Shown here: piece by piece, positions 19,882 to 29,376 of the stretch
How the letters are laid out: each line of letters starts with the position of its first letter
Numbering within the stretch: the stretch's first letter is position 1
Origin: an uncultured Candidatus Saccharibacteria bacterium
GTDB lineage: Bacteria; Patescibacteriota; Doudnabacteria; UBA920
Length of the DNA stretch: 64,000 bases
Assembly: GCA_964453405.1 (NCBI GenBank)
Contig: CAYVOF010000002.1
Coordinates: 10,825-74,824, forward strand
Reading direction: 5' to 3'
Position numbers and translations under genes: made by a program
The notes under the pieces: model-generated
Told to the model about the DNA's origin: nothing
What the model saw: the letters and a program-made list of their open reading frames with translations, nothing else
The model's database searches: none

Positions 19882-21441
19882 TTATTCTACTAATTCTCCA
19901 CCAAATATTTTTAGGGCGTCGGTAACGGCCGTAGCTGTATCAACAATCTGCTCGCCTACTGAATCTTTGTTAATCACTACTCTAAACTCAACATTGCCAC
20001 CAGCTTTTTGACCCAAAAAATTACTAATCAATACACGTAACTTGGCATTTTCTAGATGTTCTTTATGAAATAAATATTTAACCATGACTGTAACCTTATT
20101 ACCAAAAACTTCCTGTAATGGTGAGTTCTTGAGCAATGTTGCTATTGGACTATTTACAGTCTTGACCTCTGCGATCAATTCTGGCCACCACTGCAAAACC
20201 TGTTCTTTGGTCAGCTGTAAATCACTAGCGTTTTCAGTTTCAATTTCTTGATGAACAAAAACCGCTTGTTTTTGAGGAATAGATTGAGGAATGGTTTCTA
20301 CTTCTAATTTAGCCACTGACTGCTCTAAACTACTAGCCCTACCACCAGATTTAAGCGCACTACCATTATCCACTGAAGCTGAATCATTTGGCTTAATATA
20401 CAAAGCCGCTTCGATGCTGGCCATTAACAATGGTAACTCCGCAGTCAAAGCTTTGTCGATTTCTTTATATGCTCGCATGAATAACCTAATCACATACAAA
20501 AGTTGCGCTAAAGTGAAGGATTGGATTAAGTCAGACGCTGAATTTTTATTTCCATTACTCAACGAGGCTTCGAGATGTTCCTGTAAAATTACCAAAGTCT
20601 TACGCGCAAATGAGACTGCGTCAAAGTTGGCCTGAGTCTGAATATCAAAAAATTTACTAAGTTCATGTGTTTGACCATTAGCAATTAAATTTAACAATTC
20701 GATTACCGAGGCACGTGAGGTAGTGCCTAATAATAAGTGAATATCCCCTGCTGTTGCAGAGCTATCCAAGTGTGCAGCCAGAGACAGCTGTGATAACGCA
20801 TCACGTAAACCACCTTCACTATTTTCGACAATGACATCGATAGCTTCTTTAGGTAATTTTAATTTTTCGGTTTTTATAATTTGTTGTAAGGCGGATTTGA
20901 TATGCTCGCCAGTAATTTTACGAAAATCAAATCGTTGCGTACGAGAAATGATTGTGTCAGGAACTTTTTCAATATCAGTAGTTGCTAAAATAAATAACAC
21001 ATGAGAAGGTGGTTCTTCTAAAGTTTTAAGCAAGGCATTAAATGCTGCCTTAGACAACATATGCACTTCGTCAATCACAAAAACTTTAGTGCGACCTTGG
21101 CTTGGCTGAAAACGAATATGTTCGATTAGTTCGCGAATATTTTCTACACCTGTGTGAGATGCGGCATCAATTTCTATTACATCCAAAAATGAGCCATTGG
21201 CAATATTTACACACACGTCGCAAGTACCACATGGATTACCATCTTTAAGATTATTACAATTAGCGGCCTTAGCTAAAATTCTAGCTAAAGTAGTTTTACC
21301 AATGCCTCTACTACCAGTAAATAAATAAGCATGGCCAATTTTCCCACTCGAAACAGCCTGCCTGAGGGTTTTTACAATGGCGTCTTGTCCTAGGACTTCG
21401 CTGAAGTTTTGGGGTCGATAAGTTTGATAAAATACAGCCAT
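19882..21441 (-). CDS. dnaX: DNA polymerase III subunit gamma/tau
   Basis: YRPQ.F, GSRGIGKTT, Zn CxxC, EIDAAS, IDEVHML, KTLEEPP. Confidence 0.96.
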   Translation of the reverse strand: MAVFYQTYRPQNFSEVLGQDAIVKTLRQAVSSGKIGHAYLFTGSRGIGKTTLARILAKAANCNNLKDGNPCGTCDVCVNIANGSFLDVIEIDAASHTGVENIRELIEHIRFQPSQGRTKVFVIDEVHMLSKAAFNALLKTLEEPPSHVLFILATTDIEKVPDTIISRTQRFDFRKITGEHIKSALQQIIKTEKLKLPKEAIDVIVENSEGGLRDALSQLSLAAHLDSSATAGDIHLLLGTTSRASVIELLNLIANGQTHELSKFFDIQTQANFDAVSFARKTLVILQEHLEASLSNGNKNSASDLIQSFTLAQLLYVIRLFMRAYKEIDKALTAELPLLMASIEAALYIKPNDSASVDNGSALKSGGRASSLEQSVAKLEVETIPQSIPQKQAVFVHQEIETENASDLQLTKEQVLQWWPELIAEVKTVNSPIATLLKNSPLQEVFGNKVTVMVKYLFHKEHLENAKLRVLISNFLGQKAGGNVEFRVVINKDSVGEQIVDTATAVTDALKIFGGELVE

Positions 21442-21474
21442 TTTGGTTTGTTTTTAAAGCTCTTTACTCCTTAC

Positions 21475-21483
21475 ATTATACCA
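21475..21483 (-). promoter_or_regulatory. Extended -10 promoter element upstream of dnaX
   Basis: TGGTATAAT on the minus strand; the same motif occurs at ~6531, ~27660 and ~32343 upstream of eno, the 1440-aa ORF and the 31980 ORF. Confidence 0.6.
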
Positions 21484-21542
21484 TAAAAAAACTGCCCTTA
21501 ATTAGGTCAGATTTTTAGAGTTTAAGGCCAAATTTTAGCGGG

Positions 21543-22223
21543 TTATTTTTTGAACACAAATAGCTTATAACCCACAAAATTCCATATTAATGATACTAAA
21601 GTGGCCATCATCTTAGCTACATTTTTAATAGTATCAGCGTTAATCATGCTGGTTAAGGATGGGGCTAGCGCTGTAGAGGCACCGACCACAATAGCGCTGT
21701 TAATTAACAATCCAACTAAACTGATTAATATAAAAATTCCAAATTGGTGTCCCACACCCACATTTGTCCCCTCTCCTACAGATAAACCAAAACCAAACCA
21801 AATAATTATTTCAAAAACAATAAAGGCTATTAAGATAAATAAGTAATAAGTATCGGCTACGCTGTACAAACCACCAACAAATACCAAAACAAAGCTACCA
21901 AAGCCCAATCCACCCACCACGATTAATCTCCACAAATTGGCTAATGGAGCGGCGTTGGTTGATGCAAATGTCCAAGCACGATTCCAAAGGTAACTCTGAA
22001 CCATCGCCATCCCAAAACTTATTACATTTAGCAAACCTAACTCTATACCAGAGGTAACTCCAAACGACTTAGTCACATAATTCAAAATGATAAAATCTAG
22101 CGCAGTGTTTAGAGAGCCAATTGCAGCAAATTTAAGCAATTGTAAAATAATTGGCTTAGCTGCTAAAAGCTGAGTTAACTTTTGGTTGAGTGTTTGGGGT
22201 TGTGCTTGTGAAGATGTGTCCAT
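21543..22223 (-). CDS. GtrA-family membrane protein (extended)
   Basis: LKFAAIG..NT.LDF, NRAWTF, WNF.GYK.FVFK, with two extra TM helices. Confidence 0.85.
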   Translation of the reverse strand: MDTSSQAQPQTLNQKLTQLLAAKPIILQLLKFAAIGSLNTALDFIILNYVTKSFGVTSGIELGLLNVISFGMAMVQSYLWNRAWTFASTNAAPLANLWRLIVVGGLGFGSFVLVFVGGLYSVADTYYLFILIAFIVFEIIIWFGFGLSVGEGTNVGVGHQFGIFILISLVGLLINSAIVVGASTALAPSLTSMINADTIKNVAKMMATLVSLIWNFVGYKLFVFKK

Positions 22224-22241
22224 AAATATAGACTTATAAAA

Positions 22242-22883
22242 TTAAAATTGTTCGGGTTCCGAGATATCAGCTTCCATATCTTCGTCTTTAGATTCAGAGT
22301 TGGTCATGCCACCATTAAATTCCCCGTCCTGACCGCCTTCACTGCCACCTAAGTGCTTGATAACATTTTCTACCGCAGCCCATTGAGTATCACCTTCACT
22401 TGGAACGACAATAGTAACTTCATCACCACCTTGAGCTTTAAAGTAAGTCAAAGAAGCTAATAGCACGCGGTAAGTTTTACCATCGGCAATAACCTTGTAG
22501 TCGCCGTTTTCATCTTGCATCAAAATACCGATAATCTTGCGACGCTCTACTGGACCAATTTGTTTGTATATAAAGGAGCCATCGTCCGCAATAGTAAGTT
22601 TGAGTACATCGCCTTCAACAAGTTTAGATTTAGAAGCATAGTTAGCCGGAACTGGATATTGCTTACTGTCGGGGCCAATCATGTTTTGACCATCAAAAAC
22701 ACCTTCAATTATCTTACCGCCTTGACTAACATCAAGACCGCTAGCTTTTTCGGCAAAGTTAGTTGAAGATTTTGGGATAGTTCCGCCGGCCATTTCGCGC
22801 AATAAATGCTTGGCGGATTGAATATTTTTTTCGGCTGCTTCGATCATTTGCACGATCAAAGCAAAATTACCAGAGTTGTCCAT
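22242..22883 (-). CDS. Conserved CPR hypothetical protein
   Basis: IIEGVFDGQNMIG..K.YPVPANYASKSKLVEGD motif, recalled from Patescibacteria genomes. Confidence 0.75.
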   Translation of the reverse strand: MDNSGNFALIVQMIEAAEKNIQSAKHLLREMAGGTIPKSSTNFAEKASGLDVSQGGKIIEGVFDGQNMIGPDSKQYPVPANYASKSKLVEGDVLKLTIADDGSFIYKQIGPVERRKIIGILMQDENGDYKVIADGKTYRVLLASLTYFKAQGGDEVTIVVPSEGDTQWAAVENVIKHLGGSEGGQDGEFNGGMTNSESKDEDMEADISEPEQF

Positions 22884-22983
22884 TTGTGTTTATTTTTCTT
22901 TTGGATTTTTGAGTTTTATTTCAAATTCAGAAACAGAATTTCTAACAAAACTATAACACCTCAAAACAAATAAAGCAAATTAT

Positions 22984-23304
22984 TTAGTCTTTACGGTCGA
23001 TAATTTCTTTTGAGGCTTTAATATGAATGATTTCGTTGTTGATAGCTTCTTCAATTTGAACATTAATAGCCGGGATCTTAGCGACCAACATCGAGATTCC
23101 TTCGTCCATTTTTTCGGGATCATCTAAATCAACCAGCTCTTGAAACTCTTTTAGCTGTTCATCATTAAGATTATTAATAACCACGCCAATAACGAGCTTG
23201 TTAAAATGGTCAGTAAGCTGAGCCATAACGGCATAACGATCATCCTCTGGGAGATCATTTACGCCAATCTCAGTTAGAACTTTTTGAATTATATCTTGGA
23301 TCAT
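22984..23304 (-). CDS. Small acidic helical protein (DUF5663-like)
   Basis: LTEIGVNDLPEDD...LNDEQLKEF pattern; ATGA overlap with the upstream 1440-aa ORF. Confidence 0.65.
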   Translation of the reverse strand: MIQDIIQKVLTEIGVNDLPEDDRYAVMAQLTDHFNKLVIGVVINNLNDEQLKEFQELVDLDDPEKMDEGISMLVAKIPAINVQIEEAINNEIIHIKASKEIIDRKD

Positions 23305-26300
23305 TTTTTAACTCTCCTTTTTTCTCTTCGATAAGCACCTGCATCCTTTTCAAACTGTGCATACTTATTGCGAAGTTCATTGGCAATATTGATATTTACC
23401 TCGCCACCTTTGTTAAGTGCGTCAGCGATCTCCTCTAGAGTGTCTGATTTAACATATTTTATGAATTCTTCATCATCGGTTTCTGGTATGGTTTTTTGTA
23501 ACCCTGAATCTAAAATTGACTTAGCCTGATCTACAATCCAATCGTTTTTGTGCGCTTCAAAATACTTCTTAAATTTCTTTGACTCCGAATCCGAAACCTT
23601 GGCAGGTGTCTTTTGCTTAGCTTTCTCTAACCACTCCTCTAACTCGGGTGATTCTGCATACGGGAAGATCTCTGATACAACTTTATTTGCAAATCGTTCT
23701 GCAGTTGCATCTACAGCTCTCTGCTGTTCAGATTGCTGCTGAGGATATCTTCGATCATAACGATCAATAACCTTCTGGTCAGTATCTAACCAACGATTTG
23801 GGTTTGTTTGTCGAATCCCTGCTCGAAGCTGACCATTAATGTATTTCTCATCTAGCCTGCTAAGGTCTATTGTCATTTTACCCGGCTGAGTTTTAAAACG
23901 ATCAGAAAATTCTATTTTAATATTAGTTGGGAATCCCTTGTTAAAATTATTCTCAATAAGATCCCGGACTATTCTATTAGCTTCTAAACGATGCTGTAAC
24001 GGGAACTTTGAAAATGCCTCACTATGAGAAATGTTGTTGTTCACTTCCCATAAATCTTTGGTCTCTGGGTCTACTTGTGGAATTTCTACAGGCTTTGCAC
24101 CACGAGCTTTATCCCACGGCTTAAACTTTTCCCCTAAATTTTCCATTAATTGTTTAAAATCAGCATTAGACCAACCTTTAAATGCTGTAGCTCTGTGAGT
24201 ATCATCGCCACCGTTAGCGTAATTATTATATTTTTGAATTAACCCTTTATAAAACTTAGGGTTATCGGCTTTAATATCTTCCAATTCATCAAACTTGTTG
24301 TTAAATGTTCTTTGAGAAATATCCAATTTTAGAGCAGGTACTGATTCTCCTTCTAACTTATCAAGTAATAACTTAAAATCTGAATCTGTCCAATTTTCAA
24401 ATCCGTCCCGAAATCCATCAGATCCCCCATTAGCAAAAGATTTTAGTCTGGTAACTTGATCTTCATACCACCCTGGGTTTTCCAATTTATCCACTCTTAA
24501 CCCACGAAGTTTTCTATCAAAATATTTCGGGGTTTTAACTGTTTCTTTGTTAACTTCAAGAGGAGTTTCTTCATCGAGTTTAAGTGGATCAACTTCTAAT
24601 TTTGGGGCTTCGGTAGAACCAGATTTACGATTTTCATACTCAGACAATAATTTTTTGTATGCTCGATACTGATTAGTTGGGCTTAATTTGTTAAATCGCT
24701 TTTGTTCACCCTTTTTAAACTTAAATTTATGTTCTGTTTTTAACAAATCATAAGCTTCTTTAACTTTTGATTCTAGCATCCAATCACCAATTGCATAAAA
24801 GTTTTCCCTACTGTATGGCTTATTATTTAGCGGGATACCAACATAAAACTTCTTTTTTGAATAATTCAAATCAACTTTACTACCTCGTGGGTAAAAATCT
24901 AAAGTAACTTCGTTATTGATGTCAGATTCTTTTAACGCTGTTAAAGATTGCATGAAAAGATCGGCCAATTGGTCAATTTTTGCTTTTTGTTCTTTAGTAA
25001 TTTTATTTTGTGGCCAACGAACAACTTTTACATTTTTAAAACCAGCTTTTTTAAACCGTTCATCTATAGAATTTGGTGTAATCTCATTTTTATTACCCTC
25101 CTTAGCCTCAGTCTGGGATTCAACTTCTAGTTCTGGTGGTAGTTCTGCTTCTTTTGATGGTTCTTCCATATCAGATATCGTAGCTTCACCTAATTCTTGT
25201 AATAACCTGCTAAAATCATTATCAGTCCAGTCTTTAAACGACATCTCGCGATAATTACTAGATTTACCATTAGAAAAATCACCTAATAAACGAATTAACT
25301 CTTGGTATCTTTTATTGTCGTATTCTCTGTAGTTTTTAAATGCTTTAAGTTTACTATCAAATTCTTCTTTGGATATAGGTGTTTCAGCCTTTTCGGCTAC
25401 TTTTGGATTCTCTAGTTTTTCTAGTAATCGTTTAAAATCGCTGTCAGTCCAGTTTTTAAATTTATTTTTTCTGAAAGTATTTTCTTTACCCAAAGCAAAC
25501 TTTTTTAAATAAATACCTGCGGTTTTTTTGTAACGCTCTGGCTGATCCTCCTTCATCTTACTTAACTCTTCATACTTATCATTAAACTCCTGCTCAGAAA
25601 TTCCGGATTCCTGCTTGGCTTCTTTTGCATCCTGATTGTCAAAAGGAGAACCTTCTGGTTTAGGAATCGGGGTTTCTTCTACCTTATTATTATGCGGACT
25701 CGGCGGTGCTCCAATCGGGAATTTTTCATTATTATTACGCTTTGTAGCTTTTGAAGGCCAGCCTGGGAATTTAGCATAATCTGAACCAGCCTGCTCATCA
25801 GGAACCACTTGTGCATTCTGTTTAATATACTCAAGGTGTGTGCGAGCTTCTTGACGTTTTTGTAATGCTAAGGACTCTAACAATGAGGTTGCTAATAATA
25901 CCGAATTCATAGTAGCAAAATCAGTCGCAGTCATAATCAATGGACCTGGTTGGCTGATAATTTCTTTAACGACTGCACCTGCTTGATCTGGAGTAAAGTT
26001 CATCATTGCCTGACGAGTTGCTTCGGACAAAAAGTGTGGTTTATGACCAATGAGATGATGAATATTTTCTAACCCACCCTGAGTAAGAGGACCGTTTCCC
26101 ACGCCAATTACATTTGCTTTCTCCAACGCGGTTGCTAACTGATCAGTGCTCCAAGTGATCTCATGAACATTGGCACTAATTCCATGATGGAGTGCTTCTT
26201 TTGCTAGAGTGTCTTCAGCAAAAACTAACTGCTCTACAGTTACACCACCGGCAAAATTGGGATCAATACCTCGTTGTTCAGTTATAAAGTTATGTAGAGC

Positions 26301-27623
26301 ATCACGTGCACCACCAGTTATACCACGATGGTCTAGGTGTTGCGTAAATACGTCATGAACATTAGGTTTAACTTCTGCAGCTGTCGTAACCGTAGCCGCT
26401 CCATGTCCAATAAATTCCGAGGCAATAGCACCAACTCCGGCCGCCAAACCTGAACCCAATAATCCAAACAAAGCACCTTTACCAGCAGCTCTAGCAACAG
26501 TTCCCCACTTGCCTTTAATACCTCTTAGTCTGTGTTTTGAATAATTCTTATCTAAACTCTTTTCTATATTCTTAATCATCTCCTTGGCTTCTTTGCTACG
26601 GTTAGTACCTTCGAGTCCGTTTCGTTCGCCTTGAGATAATTTTAAAATGTATTCGATTTTGTCACGTTCACCCATATTGGCAAACTTGCCATCTTTTTTA
26701 TCAAGCTCGGTCTGCATTTCGGCTCGAGCCTGATACAGACTTACTAAAATTTGTTGATATTCCTCAGGTGAGGCATCAAATTTTTGTTTAGCCCAAAGGT
26801 CTTCGAGCTTGCCAAGCATGGCAGCTTTTTCAAGATAGCTAGAATTATGAAAACGATCCATGATTTCTCGTGGATTATAAATTTTAGATTCGCGCCAAGC
26901 AGCCTTAAAACCTTCGATACCTGCACCCGCTGCAGCACCTGCACCTAATAGAACAGGAATACTAGCACCAAACGCAGCGATTGCTCCAAGTTTTACAGCA
27001 ACTCTAGCACCTGTTCCTACTACTACACCACCAAGAAATGAACCCCACTTAACATTTTTTATTGTATCTTTAGCCTGAACAAGTACGGCTGTCCTTGCTT
27101 CTTCGGAGGTATTAAGTGTGTTAAAAGTATTCCGAACATTATTTAAAAAGCTTTTTTTACCCTGGGGAGAAGTTAAAGCATTCAATACCTGGTCACCTTG
27201 TTCTTTAGATATGGTCTGATTGTCAACTAAGAACTTTATCTGTTTTTCGGGATTTTCTGTAAGTTCTTTTGCCGCGTCCTCTACGCCTTTTTCTACCTCA
27301 GCTTTGGCTTTTTCAAGTTCTTTTTGGCGCTCCGGATCTGGATTCTGCTCTTGTCTTACAACTCCCTTAATAAGCTCCTCAGTAGTTATAGGATCCGGCT
27401 CATTTTTGTCTTTACCACCTTCTTTGCTTGACTTTCGAGCCTTTTCTTTTCTTTTTCCTTCCCTAAACTGATCTCTTACTTCACGATCAGCTTCATTACG
27501 AAGATCCGCCTGTTCATTTTCGTATTCCATATCACGATTAACAGGGCCTTTATACTTGCCGGTAGTTTCCGGATTATTTTTTAATGCTGCAGCTAGGTCA
27601 AAATTTGACTCGCCTTTTCCCAT
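23301..27623 (-). CDS. Large hypothetical protein with Gly/Ala-rich hydrophobic segments and four ~64-aa repeats
   Basis: 1440-aa ORF; repeats end in F..W(T/S)..DF..L. Confidence 0.85.
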   Translation of the reverse strand: MGKGESNFDLAAALKNNPETTGKYKGPVNRDMEYENEQADLRNEADREVRDQFREGKRKEKARKSSKEGGKDKNEPDPITTEELIKGVVRQEQNPDPERQKELEKAKAEVEKGVEDAAKELTENPEKQIKFLVDNQTISKEQGDQVLNALTSPQGKKSFLNNVRNTFNTLNTSEEARTAVLVQAKDTIKNVKWGSFLGGVVVGTGARVAVKLGAIAAFGASIPVLLGAGAAAGAGIEGFKAAWRESKIYNPREIMDRFHNSSYLEKAAMLGKLEDLWAKQKFDASPEEYQQILVSLYQARAEMQTELDKKDGKFANMGERDKIEYILKLSQGERNGLEGTNRSKEAKEMIKNIEKSLDKNYSKHRLRGIKGKWGTVARAAGKGALFGLLGSGLAAGVGAIASEFIGHGAATVTTAAEVKPNVHDVFTQHLDHRGITGGARDALHNFITEQRGIDPNFAGGVTVEQLVFAEDTLAKEALHHGISANVHEITWSTDQLATALEKANVIGVGNGPLTQGGLENIHHLIGHKPHFLSEATRQAMMNFTPDQAGAVVKEIISQPGPLIMTATDFATMNSVLLATSLLESLALQKRQEARTHLEYIKQNAQVVPDEQAGSDYAKFPGWPSKATKRNNNEKFPIGAPPSPHNNKVEETPIPKPEGSPFDNQDAKEAKQESGISEQEFNDKYEELSKMKEDQPERYKKTAGIYLKKFALGKENTFRKNKFKNWTDSDFKRLLEKLENPKVAEKAETPISKEEFDSKLKAFKNYREYDNKRYQELIRLLGDFSNGKSSNYREMSFKDWTDNDFSRLLQELGEATISDMEEPSKEAELPPELEVESQTEAKEGNKNEITPNSIDERFKKAGFKNVKVVRWPQNKITKEQKAKIDQLADLFMQSLTALKESDINNEVTLDFYPRGSKVDLNYSKKKFYVGIPLNNKPYSRENFYAIGDWMLESKVKEAYDLLKTEHKFKFKKGEQKRFNKLSPTNQYRAYKKLLSEYENRKSGSTEAPKLEVDPLKLDEETPLEVNKETVKTPKYFDRKLRGLRVDKLENPGWYEDQVTRLKSFANGGSDGFRDGFENWTDSDFKLLLDKLEGESVPALKLDISQRTFNNKFDELEDIKADNPKFYKGLIQKYNNYANGGDDTHRATAFKGWSNADFKQLMENLGEKFKPWDKARGAKPVEIPQVDPETKDLWEVNNNISHSEAFSKFPLQHRLEANRIVRDLIENNFNKGFPTNIKIEFSDRFKTQPGKMTIDLSRLDEKYINGQLRAGIRQTNPNRWLDTDQKVIDRYDRRYPQQQSEQQRAVDATAERFANKVVSEIFPYAESPELEEWLEKAKQKTPAKVSDSESKKFKKYFEAHKNDWIVDQAKSILDSGLQKTIPETDDEEFIKYVKSDTLEEIADALNKGGEVNINIANELRNKYAQFEKDAGAYRREKRRVKK

Positions 27624-27680
27624 GTTTTTGTTTCAAAAGTTGATAAAATTCTTATAAACATTATACCACAATTATAAAGG

Positions 27681-27720
27681 AAATAAAAAAAACAGGACTA
27701 AGATATACTTAGCCCCGTTG
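27681..27720 (-). terminator. Intrinsic terminator of 27758 ORF
   Basis: Minus strand ACGGGGCTAAG-tatat-CTTAGTCCTGTTTTTTTTATTT. Confidence 0.8.
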
Positions 27721-27757
27721 CGAAAAGAAACTCGCCAGGTTGATCCGTTAGGATCGG

Positions 27758-28561
27758 TTACTGTCGTTGATCGTTTCGAGTTCCAAGGTCTCTATCCCAA
27801 ACTGAGAGATTAATCTCTTGATGATAGTTTGTACGACCTTCTCCTACGGCTGGCAACTGCGTCTGTCCACCGTAATTACTACCTCTGACCGGCATCAGTA
27901 GAGCAACGACGTTATTATTGTTTCCGCCATTACCCAGTGGTTGGTAACCATTGCGGTTGCCGTAACCGAGGTTGTTCTGGTAAAAATCTCCTTCAAACCT
28001 TCGGTAGTCCCGACTCAGAATGTTGAGATTACGATGACCAATATATCCCCCAAGCCACAATAGAAACAAAGATGCGACAAGGAAAAATAAAAACGTGTAC
28101 ATCGGCCAGCCCGTTAAAAATTCAAGATTACCAAGCCTTCTTTTGACATCTGTGATATCAGCGGTGTGACCATTGATGATCTCGGCGTGTTGGGTAATTA
28201 ACTCACCCTGCGCATTCTGAGTATTTTCGATGGTAACGATCTTGCCATCCTGAATCCCATTGGCCAATCTCGCTTCCTTGTCGACACCATTCATATAGTA
28301 GCGTTTGTTAACCACTCGATTGACGACAACGTTACGTGACGAACCGCCGCGATTGTAAGAACCCTGCGGGATCGGTAGAACCGGAACTCGTCCTGCCGGA
28401 GCCGAAGCTGTTGGCGGCGGAGTTGCCGTGCTCGAAGCGTTGTTCGAAGTGTTAAACGGTTGAACGCGCTGCGGTCTCTGATCGAGTTGAGCGGAAGCCG
28501 ACATTGCGAAAGCGAAAAAAGAAAGAACGAAAATAGAAACAAGCGATGTTATTCTTTTCAT
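27758..28561 (-). CDS. Hypothetical type I membrane protein (signal peptide, coiled coil, TM)
   Basis: Signal peptide ending ASA, Pro/Ser/Thr linker, heptad stretch, TM; promoter TTGACA-17-TATACT (28750-28722) and AAGGAGG. Confidence 0.8.
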   Translation of the reverse strand: MKRITSLVSIFVLSFFAFAMSASAQLDQRPQRVQPFNTSNNASSTATPPPTASAPAGRVPVLPIPQGSYNRGGSSRNVVVNRVVNKRYYMNGVDKEARLANGIQDGKIVTIENTQNAQGELITQHAEIINGHTADITDVKRRLGNLEFLTGWPMYTFLFFLVASLFLLWLGGYIGHRNLNILSRDYRRFEGDFYQNNLGYGNRNGYQPLGNGGNNNNVVALLMPVRGSNYGGQTQLPAVGEGRTNYHQEINLSVWDRDLGTRNDQRQ

Positions 28562-28766
28562 AGTATTTTATATGGCCCTCCTTAGGCCTTGTGAAAACAA
28601 ATTTAGGTCTTGCGGACCGTTTTTTACAACGGTCACACGTGTGCATGACCTGTAGAAAACCACATTTTTATAGTATTTATGGACTTCTAGAGGAAATTCA
28701 CAATATTCAGTTTGACCCTGTAGTATACACTATTTTTTGCTTTTTGTCAATACCTATGACAAAACC

Positions 28767-28811
28767 AATAAAAAAAGAGTAAAAATGAAGAATTTCTTCA
28801 CCTTTACTCTT
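28767..28811 (-). terminator. Intrinsic terminator of 28830 ORF
   Basis: AAGAGTAAAGGTGAAG...CTTCATTTTTACTCTTTTTTTATT on minus. Confidence 0.75.
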
Positions 28812-28829
28812 AAAATCAATACACAATTG

Positions 28830-29279
28830 TTAAATTACTAATTTAGCCTCAGAAACGGTGGAACCTTTGGCTTTCTGTGCCTCCCAGTAGTCAATAGTAG
28901 CCTCATCATAGGCTTGTTCAAGCCATGGAGCCACAACCCAGCCTACTAGAGCTAAAGCTTGAATTAAACCTGTCCACTGCTCTAAACCAAATGGAAAGCC
29001 GAATTTACCAACAAGACAAAGCATGTTGACTATAGTTAAAATGATACCTGTCATCATCAGTGTCAACCAAAGATACCGTGTCCATTTAATAAATTCTGCC
29101 AGAGTCGGATATTTGTATGCCAACATAACCGAAATAGCCGATCCAACTGTGAGAGTGAGCAACATAAAATTCATTGGCTTTGATGTAGGCATTCGCACCA
29201 CATACATCAACCCAACAACCATCAACGCCGATACAATAAAAAACAAAATTGTATTTTCAGTATTTGTTCTTCTGTTCAT
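28830..29279 (-). CDS. Hypothetical 4-TM membrane protein
   Basis: Four hydrophobic helices; AGGAGG SD; TTGCCA-17-TATTCT promoter at 29373-29345. Confidence 0.75.
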   Translation of the reverse strand: MNRRTNTENTILFFIVSALMVVGLMYVVRMPTSKPMNFMLLTLTVGSAISVMLAYKYPTLAEFIKWTRYLWLTLMMTGIILTIVNMLCLVGKFGFPFGLEQWTGLIQALALVGWVVAPWLEQAYDEATIDYWEAQKAKGSTVSEAKLVI

Positions 29280-29376
29280 CAATTTCCTCCTAAATTATTT
29301 GAACCTAAAAAAATTTCAATTAAACGTTAAAAACTTCTTGGAAAAGAATATCACAGAAAACTGGTTTTGGCAAGAC

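Noticed and set aside
22242-22883. Possible ribosomal protein L7/L12 label (recalled from automated annotations of this family)
   Set aside because: The sequence lacks any L7/L12 motif, so it is left as a conserved hypothetical.
28632-28650. CACACGTGTG palindrome as parS
   Set aside because: It does not match the TGTTTCACGTGAAACA-type consensus beyond the central CACGTG.
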